A DNA stretch of 64,000 bases, taken from contig JAMCVK010000035.1 in the NCBI GenBank assembly GCA_023475225.1, positions 11,212 to 75,211 on the forward strand, written 5' to 3'. Shown here piece by piece: positions 26,224 through 35,509 of the stretch. Made by a program: the position numbers and the translations under genes. The notes below the pieces were generated by a model. The model saw nothing but the letters and a program-made list of their open reading frames with translations. It did no database searches and was not told where the DNA came from. Each line of letters starts with the position of its first letter. Position 1 is the first letter of the stretch. Source of the stretch: Chloroflexota bacterium (GTDB lineage: Bacteria; Chloroflexota; UBA6077; FW602-bin22; JAMCVK01).

Positions 26224-29200
26224 GTGACCAACGACCTATTGGGGGGCACGATCACCTATGCCTATGAGCGCTACACGCCCATGAACCCAGCGGGGCTGAA
26301 GTACCGCTACCGCGTCTTGAAGCAGACGAATAGCGGCGGGGCGGGCACCAGCGATGTAGTGCGCGATTTCAAGTACACCTGTGCCTGGCGGGATAACACT
26401 ACAGGCGAGTTTCGCGGCCACGATTACGTCGCGGCGGTGGACAGCGCTGGCTACTGGCAGATCAGCAAGTTCTATACCGCCGCCGGGGCCAACGGCAAGT
26501 CGCAGGAGGACTGTAACTTCCTCAAGGGGAGGGCCTACAGGGAAGGCACCCTCAAGGATAATGAGGTCGCCTACGCTGTGAACAATTACGCCAGCGACCT
26601 GTCCGCCGCTGACTACGGCCGGGGTGGCTGGAGCTATGCGCCGGGCAAGTTCACCCTCAGCACGAGCGGGGTGCTGTACATCGGTCTTATCCGGGGCACG
26701 ACCTACTACCCGATGGAGCATAGGGGCAAGCTCTACCACGCCCCACCCAACACGGTGATCACCAGGGTGGAGTTCGATTGGGAGAGCAACTACAATAACG
26801 CCCACTTCATCCTCGCCATGGACTACCCCGACCATCCGGAGGCCTGGGCCAGCGATCAGTTTGGCCCGCAAAGCGGCCACCAGGTGGTGGAGATAGCGGG
26901 TGGGGCCGATTGGGTGGCCTTCGGTCTCTTCACCAGAACCATCTTCGACCACTACGACTACACCTATCCCACCGATGAGTGGCACGGGCGCATCTCCAAC
27001 TTAAAGATTTACTACCGCAGCGTGCTACAGTCCAGGGATAACACCTGGGACTACGTGACGACGCTGGGCGAGGCCCGGCACATCCGCCTGACGCGGCTGG
27101 ACGAGACGCTGGACGGGAAGCCACGGCGCACCGACTACGCCTACGATACCTACGGCAACTGTACCAAGCGCGAGGAGTACGGGGAAGGGAGCAGTCGCTA
27201 TCGGGCCTGGCGGGCGAGCTACTATGCCAACCAGGATGCCTGGATCGTGGAGAAAAAGCAGTGGGAGGAGGTGGTGGAGGATGTGAGTGGGGTGGAGACC
27301 CAGCGGCGCTTGACCCGCTACTACTACGATGGATTGGGCTGGGGGGTGGCCCCCAGCAAGGGGGACCTCACCAGGGTGCAGAGGGTCTATATGGGCGACG
27401 AGTCCAAGAACTCCTCTACGGACTACTGGTACGATGCCTACGGCAACCTGATCAGAGAGCAGGATGGGCGGGGCAACCAGACCAGCGCCACCTATGATGC
27501 TACCTACCACACTTTCCTGGCCACTATCACCAACGCTAAAAACCAGGTGGAGACAAGGGCCTATGACCCAGCCAGCGGCCGGCCCACCAGCGTCACCGAC
27601 ATCAACGGGCAGACGACCACCTACGAGTACGACGCCTTCAAGCGCCTGATCAAGGTGAGGAGGCCCGGCGATGGGTCGCCGGCCCCACCCACCATCGAAT
27701 ACGTTTACTTCCACAACCCGAGCCAGCCGCCACCACGCTTCACCATCACCACCAAGCGGCGGGAGTCGGGCAGCAGCGTCTATGAGACGAAGTCCTGGTA
27801 CGATGGGCTGGGCCGCGTGGTGCAGAGTCGCCGCGAGAACGCCGCCGGGGCCAACCCCCTCGTCGTGGATACCAACTACGACGGGCGGGGGCTCCAGTCC
27901 AGCCAGTCGGTGCCCTACCCCTCGGCCAGCAACACCTGGGACTATACCACTCCTGACACAAGCCAGCCCAAGACCACCTACCTCTACGAGGGTCTGCGCC
28001 GCCCTCGTGAGGTGACCAACCCCGAGGGCACGACCAAGAAGTGCTACTATGTGGGGCGCACGACGGTTGTGGTGGATGAGAAGAACCATCGCCGCGACCT
28101 GATCAACGACCCCTTCGACCGGCTGGTGAAGGTGGAGGAGTACAGCGGCGCTGACCCCAATGTCACCCTCTACGCCACCACCACCTACAGCTACGATGTG
28201 CTCGACGACCTGGTTCAGGTGAGCGACCAGGCCGGCAACGTCACGAAGATGGGGTACAATCCCCTGGGGCAGAGGGTGAGGATGCACGACCCCGATAGGT
28301 GTGGCAGCAACAATCCGGCCGATGCCTCCTACTGGTGGAGCTACGAGTACGACCTGGCCGGCAACCTCACCAGCCAGACCGATGCCCGGGGGCAGACCAT
28401 CACCTTCACCTATGATGAGTTGAACCGCCCCAAGCGCCGCTACTACCCTATGCGCTGGACGGTTAACGGGGTGGAGGAGAGCCACTGGGTGAGCGAGATC
28501 GTGGCTGGGGTGAGCAAACCCTCGGTCTACGATCTGATGGAGCTGCGCTCGGCCGTGGGCACGGCCCACGTCGCGGCGCAGCGGGGGGAGTTCGCCTTCA
28601 GTGACGCGGCCATCGTGGCCGGCCAGGGGGTGAAGGTGCGCGGCCTGCATTTCAACGAGCTGCGCTCAGCCATGCAGAACCTCTGGACGGTGGGCAATCT
28701 GGGGATCATCCCTGAGTTCAGTCGTGGTCCCATCGTCGCCCCGCCGACGGGCTATCGGCTGATCAGCGCCCAGGACCCCCAGGACCTGCGCAGCTGGCTG
28801 GAGGATTACGATGGGCGCACAAGCGTCCCTGACCTGCGGGCCAGGGTCTTCTACCGCTACGACGATTACACTGACAATGTGAATCGAGGCTACCCGAAGG
28901 GGCGGCGCACCGAGATGTGGGATGCCGCGGGTCATACCCGCTGGACATACGACGAGCGTGGCCGTATGCTTACGGAGGAGCACTGGACGGATGGGCAGCT
29001 CTATACCACCCAGTGGAGCTACGATGCCATGGATCGAGTGAAGACGCTGGTCTATCCTGATGGGGAGACGCTCACCTACACCTATGGGGAGCAGGCCCAG
29101 CTTGTAGCCATCGCCAGCAGCACGGGTGTAAGCTATCTAGCGAGCACCACCTACAACCAGCTGCTCAAGCCCAAGGTCTTGACCCTGGGCAGTGGGGCGA

Positions 29201-30177
29201 CGACCACGTTTTCGTATTATGGTACTGGGCTGGACGCGGCGGGCGCCCCCTACGGGGCGCTCAAGGGCATCGCCACGAGCAAGGCCGGGTTGCCCACCAT
29301 CCAGGAGCTGCAGCAGGCCTACGACAACCTGGGCAACCTGACAAGGTGGCAGGACCTGGCTGCTGGCGAGGACTTCACCTACGAATACGACGACCTGGAC
29401 CGGCCGACCAAGAGGAAGGTCACCAACGGCGCCGACCTGGAAACCCTCGCCTATGACCAGATCGGCAACATCACCAGCCAGAACGGTTCCCTCTACACCT
29501 ACGGGAACCCGCCCGTCCACGGGGTGAGCGCCTTTGCTGGTGTCGGCTACAGCTACGATGGCAACGGCAACATGGTCAGGAGTGGCAACTGGTACCTGAA
29601 GTACGATGCCGAGAACCGCCTGGTCAAGGTCTCAGGCGATGCCGCGGGCTACCAGTTCGTCGCCCGCTTCGCCTACGATGGGGATGGGGCGAGGGTGAAA
29701 AGGGTGGACGACTATGGTACTATCCACTACGTGGGGAGGCATTACCAGCGCAACGTGGGCAACGGGCAGGACACAAGCGAGAAGATAACCAAGTACTACT
29801 ATGCCACCCTGGGGTCTTTAAATAGGCTGATTGCCCTGCGCCGGGATGGGGTGCTATACTATGTACATAGCGACCATCTGGGGGGCACGGTGAGGGTGAG
29901 TGACGCTGGGGGGAATATCGTGGACTCGATCACCTACACAGCCTATGGTCAGACCCGCTCCGGGGGCGCGAACTTGCCCACCGACCGAAGGTTCACCGGG
30001 CAGACGCTGGACCTATCCACGGGCTTGTACTGGTACTCCACCAGGCCATACAGTGCGCTGCTCGGCCGCTTCACCCAGCCCGATACCGTAGTTCCCGATT
30101 ACCAGAACCCCCAGAGCCTGAACAGGTACGGCTATTGTCTGAATAACTCCTCGAGGCATAAGGTTTTACATAAATAA
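26224..30177 (+). CDS. RHS/YD-repeat protein, apparently truncated at both ends (probable pseudogene or toxin-less shell)
   Basis: Dozens of YD repeats are present (YxYDxxGN(L/R)..., e.g. YAYDTYGNCT, YWYDAYGNLI, YEYDAFKRLI, YSYDVLDDLV, YEYDLAGNLT). The RHS core end is ...RPYSALLGRFTQPDTVV...LNRYGYCLNNS, followed by only 8 more codons. The frame is open upstream to 26020 without ATG, GTG or TTG. GTG 26224 has no SD. Confidence 0.85.
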   Translation: MTNDLLGGTITYAYERYTPMNPAGLKYRYRVLKQTNSGGAGTSDVVRDFKYTCAWRDNTTGEFRGHDYVAAVDSAGYWQISKFYTAAGANGKSQEDCNFLKGRAYREGTLKDNEVAYAVNNYASDLSAADYGRGGWSYAPGKFTLSTSGVLYIGLIRGTTYYPMEHRGKLYHAPPNTVITRVEFDWESNYNNAHFILAMDYPDHPEAWASDQFGPQSGHQVVEIAGGADWVAFGLFTRTIFDHYDYTYPTDEWHGRISNLKIYYRSVLQSRDNTWDYVTTLGEARHIRLTRLDETLDGKPRRTDYAYDTYGNCTKREEYGEGSSRYRAWRASYYANQDAWIVEKKQWEEVVEDVSGVETQRRLTRYYYDGLGWGVAPSKGDLTRVQRVYMGDESKNSSTDYWYDAYGNLIREQDGRGNQTSATYDATYHTFLATITNAKNQVETRAYDPASGRPTSVTDINGQTTTYEYDAFKRLIKVRRPGDGSPAPPTIEYVYFHNPSQPPPRFTITTKRRESGSSVYETKSWYDGLGRVVQSRRENAAGANPLVVDTNYDGRGLQSSQSVPYPSASNTWDYTTPDTSQPKTTYLYEGLRRPREVTNPEGTTKKCYYVGRTTVVVDEKNHRRDLINDPFDRLVKVEEYSGADPNVTLYATTTYSYDVLDDLVQVSDQAGNVTKMGYNPLGQRVRMHDPDRCGSNNPADASYWWSYEYDLAGNLTSQTDARGQTITFTYDELNRPKRRYYPMRWTVNGVEESHWVSEIVAGVSKPSVYDLMELRSAVGTAHVAAQRGEFAFSDAAIVAGQGVKVRGLHFNELRSAMQNLWTVGNLGIIPEFSRGPIVAPPTGYRLISAQDPQDLRSWLEDYDGRTSVPDLRARVFYRYDDYTDNVNRGYPKGRRTEMWDAAGHTRWTYDERGRMLTEEHWTDGQLYTTQWSYDAMDRVKTLVYPDGETLTYTYGEQAQLVAIASSTGVSYLASTTYNQLLKPKVLTLGSGATTTFSYYGTGLDAAGAPYGALKGIATSKAGLPTIQELQQAYDNLGNLTRWQDLAAGEDFTYEYDDLDRPTKRKVTNGADLETLAYDQIGNITSQNGSLYTYGNPPVHGVSAFAGVGYSYDGNGNMVRSGNWYLKYDAENRLVKVSGDAAGYQFVARFAYDGDGARVKRVDDYGTIHYVGRHYQRNVGNGQDTSEKITKYYYATLGSLNRLIALRRDGVLYYVHSDHLGGTVRVSDAGGNIVDSITYTAYGQTRSGGANLPTDRRFTGQTLDLSTGLYWYSTRPYSALLGRFTQPDTVVPDYQNPQSLNRYGYCLNNSSRHKVLHK

Positions 30178-30216
30178 GCTATCGCTAACCTTACCGGTAA
30201 AGGTAACCAGAGGTCG

Positions 30217-31395
30217 GTGGGAATGTCCGAGAAACGCCTGGCGCTCTACATTCATATACCGTTTTGTCTTAAAAAGTGCACTTATTGTGATTTCAATTCC
30301 TATGTGGGATTGTGCGGGCTCAAAGAGGGGTACGTTGAAGCCTTACGCCGTGAAGTTTCCATCGTAGCCCAAATGCTCAGAACAGAACCGTATCAATCCC
30401 TCCTGCCAATGGGCACTATCTATTTTGGTGGTGGAACCCCCTCCCTTCTGGATACGCGACAGATTGCCCATATCTTGACGACGTGCCAAAGATTGCTCGG
30501 CTCGGCCGATGACATCGAAATCACCCTGGAGGCCAATCCAGGTACAATCAACCGGTCCTACCTTCATCGACTGAGATCTCTTGGCATCAATCGGCTCAGT
30601 CTGGGTATCCAAAGCTTCGATGATACGCTATTGCGATTACTAGGCCGAACGCATACAACTAGGGAAGCATTGCTGTCCTATGAGTTCAGTCGTTCAGCGG
30701 GTTTTGATAACGTAAACCTGGATCTGATCTATGGCCTCCCTGGACAGGATCTCTCCCGCTGGGAAGCGGATTTGCGCAGGGCTGTGTCCCTCGCCCCAGA
30801 TCACCTATCGCTTTACTCTTTAACACTAGAGCCGGATACACCCCTTGGCTACGCGGTGCATAGCGGCCAAATCGCGTTGCCAGTGGATGACACAGTTGCG
30901 GAGATGTATGAGCTTGCAGAGCACCTGTTAGAGGAGTACGGTTATGAGCATTATGAGCTCTCTAACTGGGCCAGGCTTTGTCCAGATCATCCCAAGCGCT
31001 GTCGACACAACCTGGTGTATTGGTACAACGAACCATATGTGGGGCTGGGGGCAGGTGCTCATTCATGCCTCGGACGTCGCCGCTATTATAATGTGCTCTG
31101 GCCACCAGAATATGTCGAAAACATTCGACATAACCGGTCAGCGGTGGCCCATTTGGAGCATATAGATGTACGCTTAGAAATGACCGAAACGATCATTTTA
31201 GGGCTCAGGCTTAGCGAGGGCCTCAGCGTTGATCGTTTTGAGGAGCGATTTCACCAGCGATTGCAAGATATTTACGGCGAGGCGATTCAGCAAGCAGAGG
31301 GCTTGGGACTACTCAGCACAGAGCAAAACTATCTTAGATTAACAGCTAGAGGCAGGTTGCTCAGCAATGAAGTATTTGTATTATTCTTACTATAG
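30217..31395 (+). CDS. hemW: radical SAM heme chaperone HemW (HemN-like)
   Basis: Present are YIHIPFCLKKCTYCDFNS (CxxxCxxC), GGGTPS and a HemN_C-like tail. Confidence 0.85.
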   Translation: MGMSEKRLALYIHIPFCLKKCTYCDFNSYVGLCGLKEGYVEALRREVSIVAQMLRTEPYQSLLPMGTIYFGGGTPSLLDTRQIAHILTTCQRLLGSADDIEITLEANPGTINRSYLHRLRSLGINRLSLGIQSFDDTLLRLLGRTHTTREALLSYEFSRSAGFDNVNLDLIYGLPGQDLSRWEADLRRAVSLAPDHLSLYSLTLEPDTPLGYAVHSGQIALPVDDTVAEMYELAEHLLEEYGYEHYELSNWARLCPDHPKRCRHNLVYWYNEPYVGLGAGAHSCLGRRRYYNVLWPPEYVENIRHNRSAVAHLEHIDVRLEMTETIILGLRLSEGLSVDRFEERFHQRLQDIYGEAIQQAEGLGLLSTEQNYLRLTARGRLLSNEVFVLFLL

Positions 31396-31426
31396 ATAGG
31401 ATGACCTACACATTTTATCGGCACGC

Positions 31427-32461
31427 CTAATAGGTTCTAGATACTAGGAAGGCCGCTAGCTGCTTGAGCTGGTCTGCAGCCCAGCCCTGAGGGGCTGCTC
31501 TGTTCAGCTCAACTAAGGCTGCTTGATACCAGGCATTGGCTTCCTCCTCAGCATGGCGATGGGCCCCTAACCTCTCGAGGAGGGCGATCACTTTCGTAAC
31601 ATCATCACCACCTAGCGTATCCTTTTGATAGATCTCAAATAGTTGGTGGCGTTGCTCCTCTGTGCTCTTCTCTAAGGCATAAACTAGCGGGATGGTCTTT
31701 TTCTTATGGAGAATATCATCGCCCTTAGGTTTACCAGTGACCTTCTCATCACCCCAGATTCCCAGTAGATCATCCCTAATTTGGAAAGCGATGCCGATCT
31801 TTGTTCCGAAGAGGCGATAAAGCTCGGCCAGCGGTTCCTGTTTGCTGCCTATCAAGGCCCCCAACTTAGCGGCGCAGCCCAAGAGGGCAGCGGTCTTCTT
31901 TGCCGCCATTGAGATATAGGACTCACTGCTTATGTTCATCATTTCTTCGAAACTGATGTCTAAATATTGTCCTTCACAAAGCTGCAGGCAGGCTTGAGCA
32001 AGGTCTTGCGTCGCCTCCAAGACCAAGGTTGGTTCTACGCCACGTAACAAGAGCCGTCTCATCGCCAGAAAGGCCAGCGTGTACATAGTATCACCAGCCG
32101 TGATGCCATGAGGTACACCCCAAATACTCCACACGGTGGGTTGATGACGTCGCTCATGACTGGCATCCTGGATATCGTCATGAATCAGGGAGAAGTTGTG
32201 CACCAGTTCCAAAGCCACCGCCGCAGGTAGCACTTGGTGATAATCGCCCCCACTGGCCTCACAAGAAAGCAGGCAGAGTAATGGTCGAATCCGTTTGCCA
32301 CCTTCGGTCTGCCGCGGCCGAAAATCCTTATCGACCCAACCTAAATGGTAATGGAGCATGCTGTAGAGCTGTCCTGCTTCCCCTGGGGATGGTATACAGG
32401 CAGCAATCTCTCTGTTTAGTTCTGACTCGTATTTGGCCAGGATACCTTGAAGACTCAGCAT
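31427..32461 (-). CDS. polyprenyl diphosphate synthase (trans-IPPS, GGPP/FPP synthase-like)
   Basis: The first Asp-rich motif is LIHDDIQD. The second is FQIRDDLLGIWGD. Confidence 0.85.
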   Translation of the reverse strand: MLSLQGILAKYESELNREIAACIPSPGEAGQLYSMLHYHLGWVDKDFRPRQTEGGKRIRPLLCLLSCEASGGDYHQVLPAAVALELVHNFSLIHDDIQDASHERRHQPTVWSIWGVPHGITAGDTMYTLAFLAMRRLLLRGVEPTLVLEATQDLAQACLQLCEGQYLDISFEEMMNISSESYISMAAKKTAALLGCAAKLGALIGSKQEPLAELYRLFGTKIGIAFQIRDDLLGIWGDEKVTGKPKGDDILHKKKTIPLVYALEKSTEEQRHQLFEIYQKDTLGGDDVTKVIALLERLGAHRHAEEEANAWYQAALVELNRAAPQGWAADQLKQLAAFLVSRTY

Positions 32462-32473
32462 GCTAGGGTTTAC

Positions 32474-34372
32474 TTATGTGCGGTGGCTGACGATGGCGAT
32501 AGGGGTCAACCGTTGTAGATCAGGGAAGGCGTTCCTTACGGTCTGGGAGATGCCCTGGGGGGTCAGTCCGATCTTCTCGCGGAGCACATCTTGTGGGCCA
32601 TGATCCACAAACTCATCGGGAATGCCTATTCTTTTGACAATGGTTTGGCTCAACAAGCCCCTCATCTCCAGGATCTCAAGGACACCACTACCAAACCCAC
32701 CGGCCAAGGCATTCTCTTCGATGGTAACCAGGCGATGGAAACGTCTGGCCATATGTATGATCAGGTCCGTATCCAGTGGTTTAACAAAACGCATATTCAC
32801 GACGGCGCAGGAAAGGCCATGACGTCCTAAGATGTCAGCCGCGGCTAAGGCTGGATAGACGGTCGAGCCAACGGCCAGGATAGCCAGATGATCCCCTTGA
32901 CGGAGTATCTCCGCTCGTCCCCATGGTAGAAGCTTCATAGCATCATCGAGAGGAACACCAATGCCATCTCCCCGAGGATAGCGAATGGCCACTGGCCCAG
33001 CATAATTGAGTGCTGTCCAAAGCATATGCTGAAGCTCATTTTCATCCCTCGGCGTCATAATAGCCAGATTGGGAATAGCACGTAGATAAGACAGATCAAA
33101 CGTTCCCTGGTGAGTACGACCATCATCCCCAACGATCCCTGCCCGATCAATGGCGAACACGACGGGCGTATCCTGCATACACACGTCGTGAATTATCTGA
33201 TCGTAAGCCCGTTGCAAAAAGGTACTGTAAATGGCCACAATGGGCCTCATGCCTCTGCTGGCTAATCCCGCAGCGAAGGTGACCGCGTGTCCCTCTGCTA
33301 TTCCAACATCGAAGAAGCGCTGGGGAAATTCCAGGGCAAAGCGGACTAATCCGGTACCCTCGGCCATGGCGGCTGTTATGGCCACTACCCTTGGATCGCC
33401 ACGAGCAATCCTGGCGACAGTCTCACCGAAGATCTTGGTGTAGCTGGGAACATTGCTCTTTGGGCCACCGTTCGGTGGCACCCCGTGAAACCTCACCGAG
33501 TCTTTTTCCGCCGGATCGTATCCTCGCCCCTTCACGGTACAAACGTGCACGAAGGCTGGCCTTTGAAGCGTTTTCGCTCGCTGAAGGGTTTCTTGCAGTA
33601 ATCCGATATTGTGTCCATCCACCGGGCCAATATAAGTGAAGCCGAGCTCTTCCCACATCATTGTAGGGATTAGTAGCCCTTTAAATTTGTTTTTTACTGC
33701 TTTTAAGGCATCAAGACTCTTCTTCCCAAAACGCCACCGCATCAGGGTATGTTCCAACCCACTCTTAGCCTGATAGTAGCGGGGATCAGTGCGAAGGCGA
33801 CCCAAATATTTGGCCAAGGCGCCCACGTTCGGTGATATCGACATCTGGTTATCATTCAACACTACAATCAATCTGCTGGCGGAATGTCCGGCGTTATTCA
33901 ACCCCTCGAAGGCCAGCCCACCTGTCAAGGCCCCGTCTCCAATGACGGCGATGACATAGCCGTCCTCCCCCAGGCGATCACGCGCTACAGCCATACCCAA
34001 CGCAGCTGATACAGAAGTGCTCGCATGGCCAGTACCAAAGGCATCATGGGGACTCTCATTAGGCGTAGGGAAACCGCTGAGTCCGGAGAACTGTCTAATA
34101 GTATGAAACTTATCCTTGCGCCCAGTCAGCATTTTGTGCACGTAACACTGATGGCCAACGTCCCAAACGATTTTATCTTTTGGGCTATTGAAGACAGAGT
34201 GCAGAGCAAGGGTTAGCTCCACAACACCCAGGTTAGAAGCTAAATGCCCACCTGTCTGGAAAACTGTGCCGACTAGCTCCTCTCTTATTTCACGGGCAAG
34301 CCTCTCTATCTCTCCGGTGGTCAGACGCTTTAAATCAGCCGGTTCGTTTATACTATCCAGTAACCTGGCCAT
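32474..34372 (-). CDS. dxs: 1-deoxy-D-xylulose-5-phosphate synthase
   Basis: Present are GGHLASNLGVVELT, GDGALTGGLAFEGLNN (TPP motif) and transketolase-like C-terminal domains. The start is set at ATG 34372 (MARLLDSINEP). Confidence 0.9.
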   Translation of the reverse strand: MARLLDSINEPADLKRLTTGEIERLAREIREELVGTVFQTGGHLASNLGVVELTLALHSVFNSPKDKIVWDVGHQCYVHKMLTGRKDKFHTIRQFSGLSGFPTPNESPHDAFGTGHASTSVSAALGMAVARDRLGEDGYVIAVIGDGALTGGLAFEGLNNAGHSASRLIVVLNDNQMSISPNVGALAKYLGRLRTDPRYYQAKSGLEHTLMRWRFGKKSLDALKAVKNKFKGLLIPTMMWEELGFTYIGPVDGHNIGLLQETLQRAKTLQRPAFVHVCTVKGRGYDPAEKDSVRFHGVPPNGGPKSNVPSYTKIFGETVARIARGDPRVVAITAAMAEGTGLVRFALEFPQRFFDVGIAEGHAVTFAAGLASRGMRPIVAIYSTFLQRAYDQIIHDVCMQDTPVVFAIDRAGIVGDDGRTHQGTFDLSYLRAIPNLAIMTPRDENELQHMLWTALNYAGPVAIRYPRGDGIGVPLDDAMKLLPWGRAEILRQGDHLAILAVGSTVYPALAAADILGRHGLSCAVVNMRFVKPLDTDLIIHMARRFHRLVTIEENALAGGFGSGVLEILEMRGLLSQTIVKRIGIPDEFVDHGPQDVLREKIGLTPQGISQTVRNAFPDLQRLTPIAIVSHRT

Positions 34373-34446
34373 GAGATGGGCAGACCTCCTTGGAGGGCAT
34401 GATTGCTGAAGAACGTCAGCATAGCATCCGGGCACGTATAATAGGA

Positions 34447-34770
34447 CTACTCCTCTTCTTCCTCTTCTTCCTCAAAATACTCATCGCTATACAAGCCCAG
34501 GTCACGTCCCTGGTAGACGGATACAACAAAATCCTCACGGGTCACATCAGCAGACATCACCAGGTCATCATCGATCTTATCAACCAAGTCAGCGATCTCG
34601 TCCTCACCCATTTCGCGCTCAACGATCAGCGTACCATAGACTACGTTGGAGGCGAAATGCAGCTCAACACGGCCAAGGCGCTCTTCATCCTGCATTATCA
34701 GATATCCCTCAGAATGGGGGGTGCGATACTGGCGCAAATAGTGCAATTCTTCAAGGTTCCATTCTGGCAT
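34447..34770 (-). CDS. hypothetical highly acidic protein with C-terminal poly-Glu tail
   Basis: The 107-aa ORF has GGAGG 6-7 nt upstream of its ATG and ends in EEEEEEEE. It is the first gene of the apparent acidic-protein / dxs / prenyl-synthase transcription unit. I recognise no family. Confidence 0.5.
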   Translation of the reverse strand: MPEWNLEELHYLRQYRTPHSEGYLIMQDEERLGRVELHFASNVVYGTLIVEREMGEDEIADLVDKIDDDLVMSADVTREDFVVSVYQGRDLGLYSDEYFEEEEEEEE

Positions 34771-34934
34771 CCTGCTCCTCCTTGCCCTTAATTTGGGCGT
34801 ATCTGGATTTTGACGCTTGAATTAGTAACGAGGATAAACTTTACCTCCGGGGATGATCGCTTTAGCTATTGGCCTGACATTTTGGGACATTCCTTAAATT
34901 AGCAAGGAAGGTGCTCACCTTTCCGTACAGTCAC

Positions 34935-34963
34935 ATTTTAGTCCGCCCGGTGCATAGTGTCAA
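34935..34963 (-). promoter_or_regulatory. sigma70-type promoter candidate (TTGACA-17 nt-TAAAAT) for the acidic-protein/dxs unit
   Basis: The minus strand reads TTGACA ctatgcaccgggcggac TAAAAT. On the plus strand this is tgtcaa at 34958-34963 and atttta at 34935-34940. Confidence 0.45.
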
Positions 34964-34995
34964 TGATTTTGGGCTTGATCCGGAACAAGTGAGGC

Positions 34996-35325
34996 TTAGA
35001 CACGCTCGAAATATTCTATGTCTATAACGAAGATAATTGCTCCCCCAATTTTCACTTCGATGGGTGTTGGCACATAGCCTTCGACCGTAGTCAGGACTGG
35101 TGGGGGAGGGTAGAAAACCTCTGTGCGAGCGCGGCAGATCTCTCGAATTATATCGATCACATTTTCTATCTCCTCCGCCTCCACACTGACCAGAACGGTA
35201 GTATTCTTCTTACGCAGGAAGCCGCCTACGCTCCCAATGCCAGTTGCGGAATAGCGCTTGGACACGAGAGCATCAAGCACTTTGTGTGCGTCCTGTTCAT
35301 GGACGATGGCCATAACCAGCTTCAT
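34996..35325 (-). CDS. darA: cyclic-di-AMP receptor, PII-like DarA/PstA (YaaQ family)
   Basis: The protein aligns along its whole length with my memory of B. subtilis YaaQ: MKL..A.V.DQD...L...L......T.....GGFL...NTT..., ...YVP.P.EV..GGA..FV. Confidence 0.8.
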   Translation of the reverse strand: MKLVMAIVHEQDAHKVLDALVSKRYSATGIGSVGGFLRKKNTTVLVSVEAEEIENVIDIIREICRARTEVFYPPPPVLTTVEGYVPTPIEVKIGGAIIFVIDIEYFERV

Positions 35326-35419
35326 CAGTCAAGCCTCTGTTTTGGGCCGGACCATCCATTACCTCCATTGATGCGAGCAAAGGCAATATATAACATAAAT
35401 GAATCCTGCGCAAGTGCCC

Positions 35420-35449
35420 TTGACAGTTCCTTTCCCCCTCCACTACTAT
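35420..35449 (+). promoter_or_regulatory. sigma70-type promoter candidate (TTGACA-18 nt-TACTAT) for ccdA
   Basis: TTGACA lies at 35420-35425 and TACTAT at 35444-35449. An imperfect palindrome, ccacta(ct)atttgtaaatagtgg, overlaps the -10 element. Confidence 0.35.
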
Positions 35450-35509
35450 TTGTAAATAGTGGGTTGGACTTAATATCATAACCTGTTGTTGATTAGCGGA
35501 GGAATCTTT

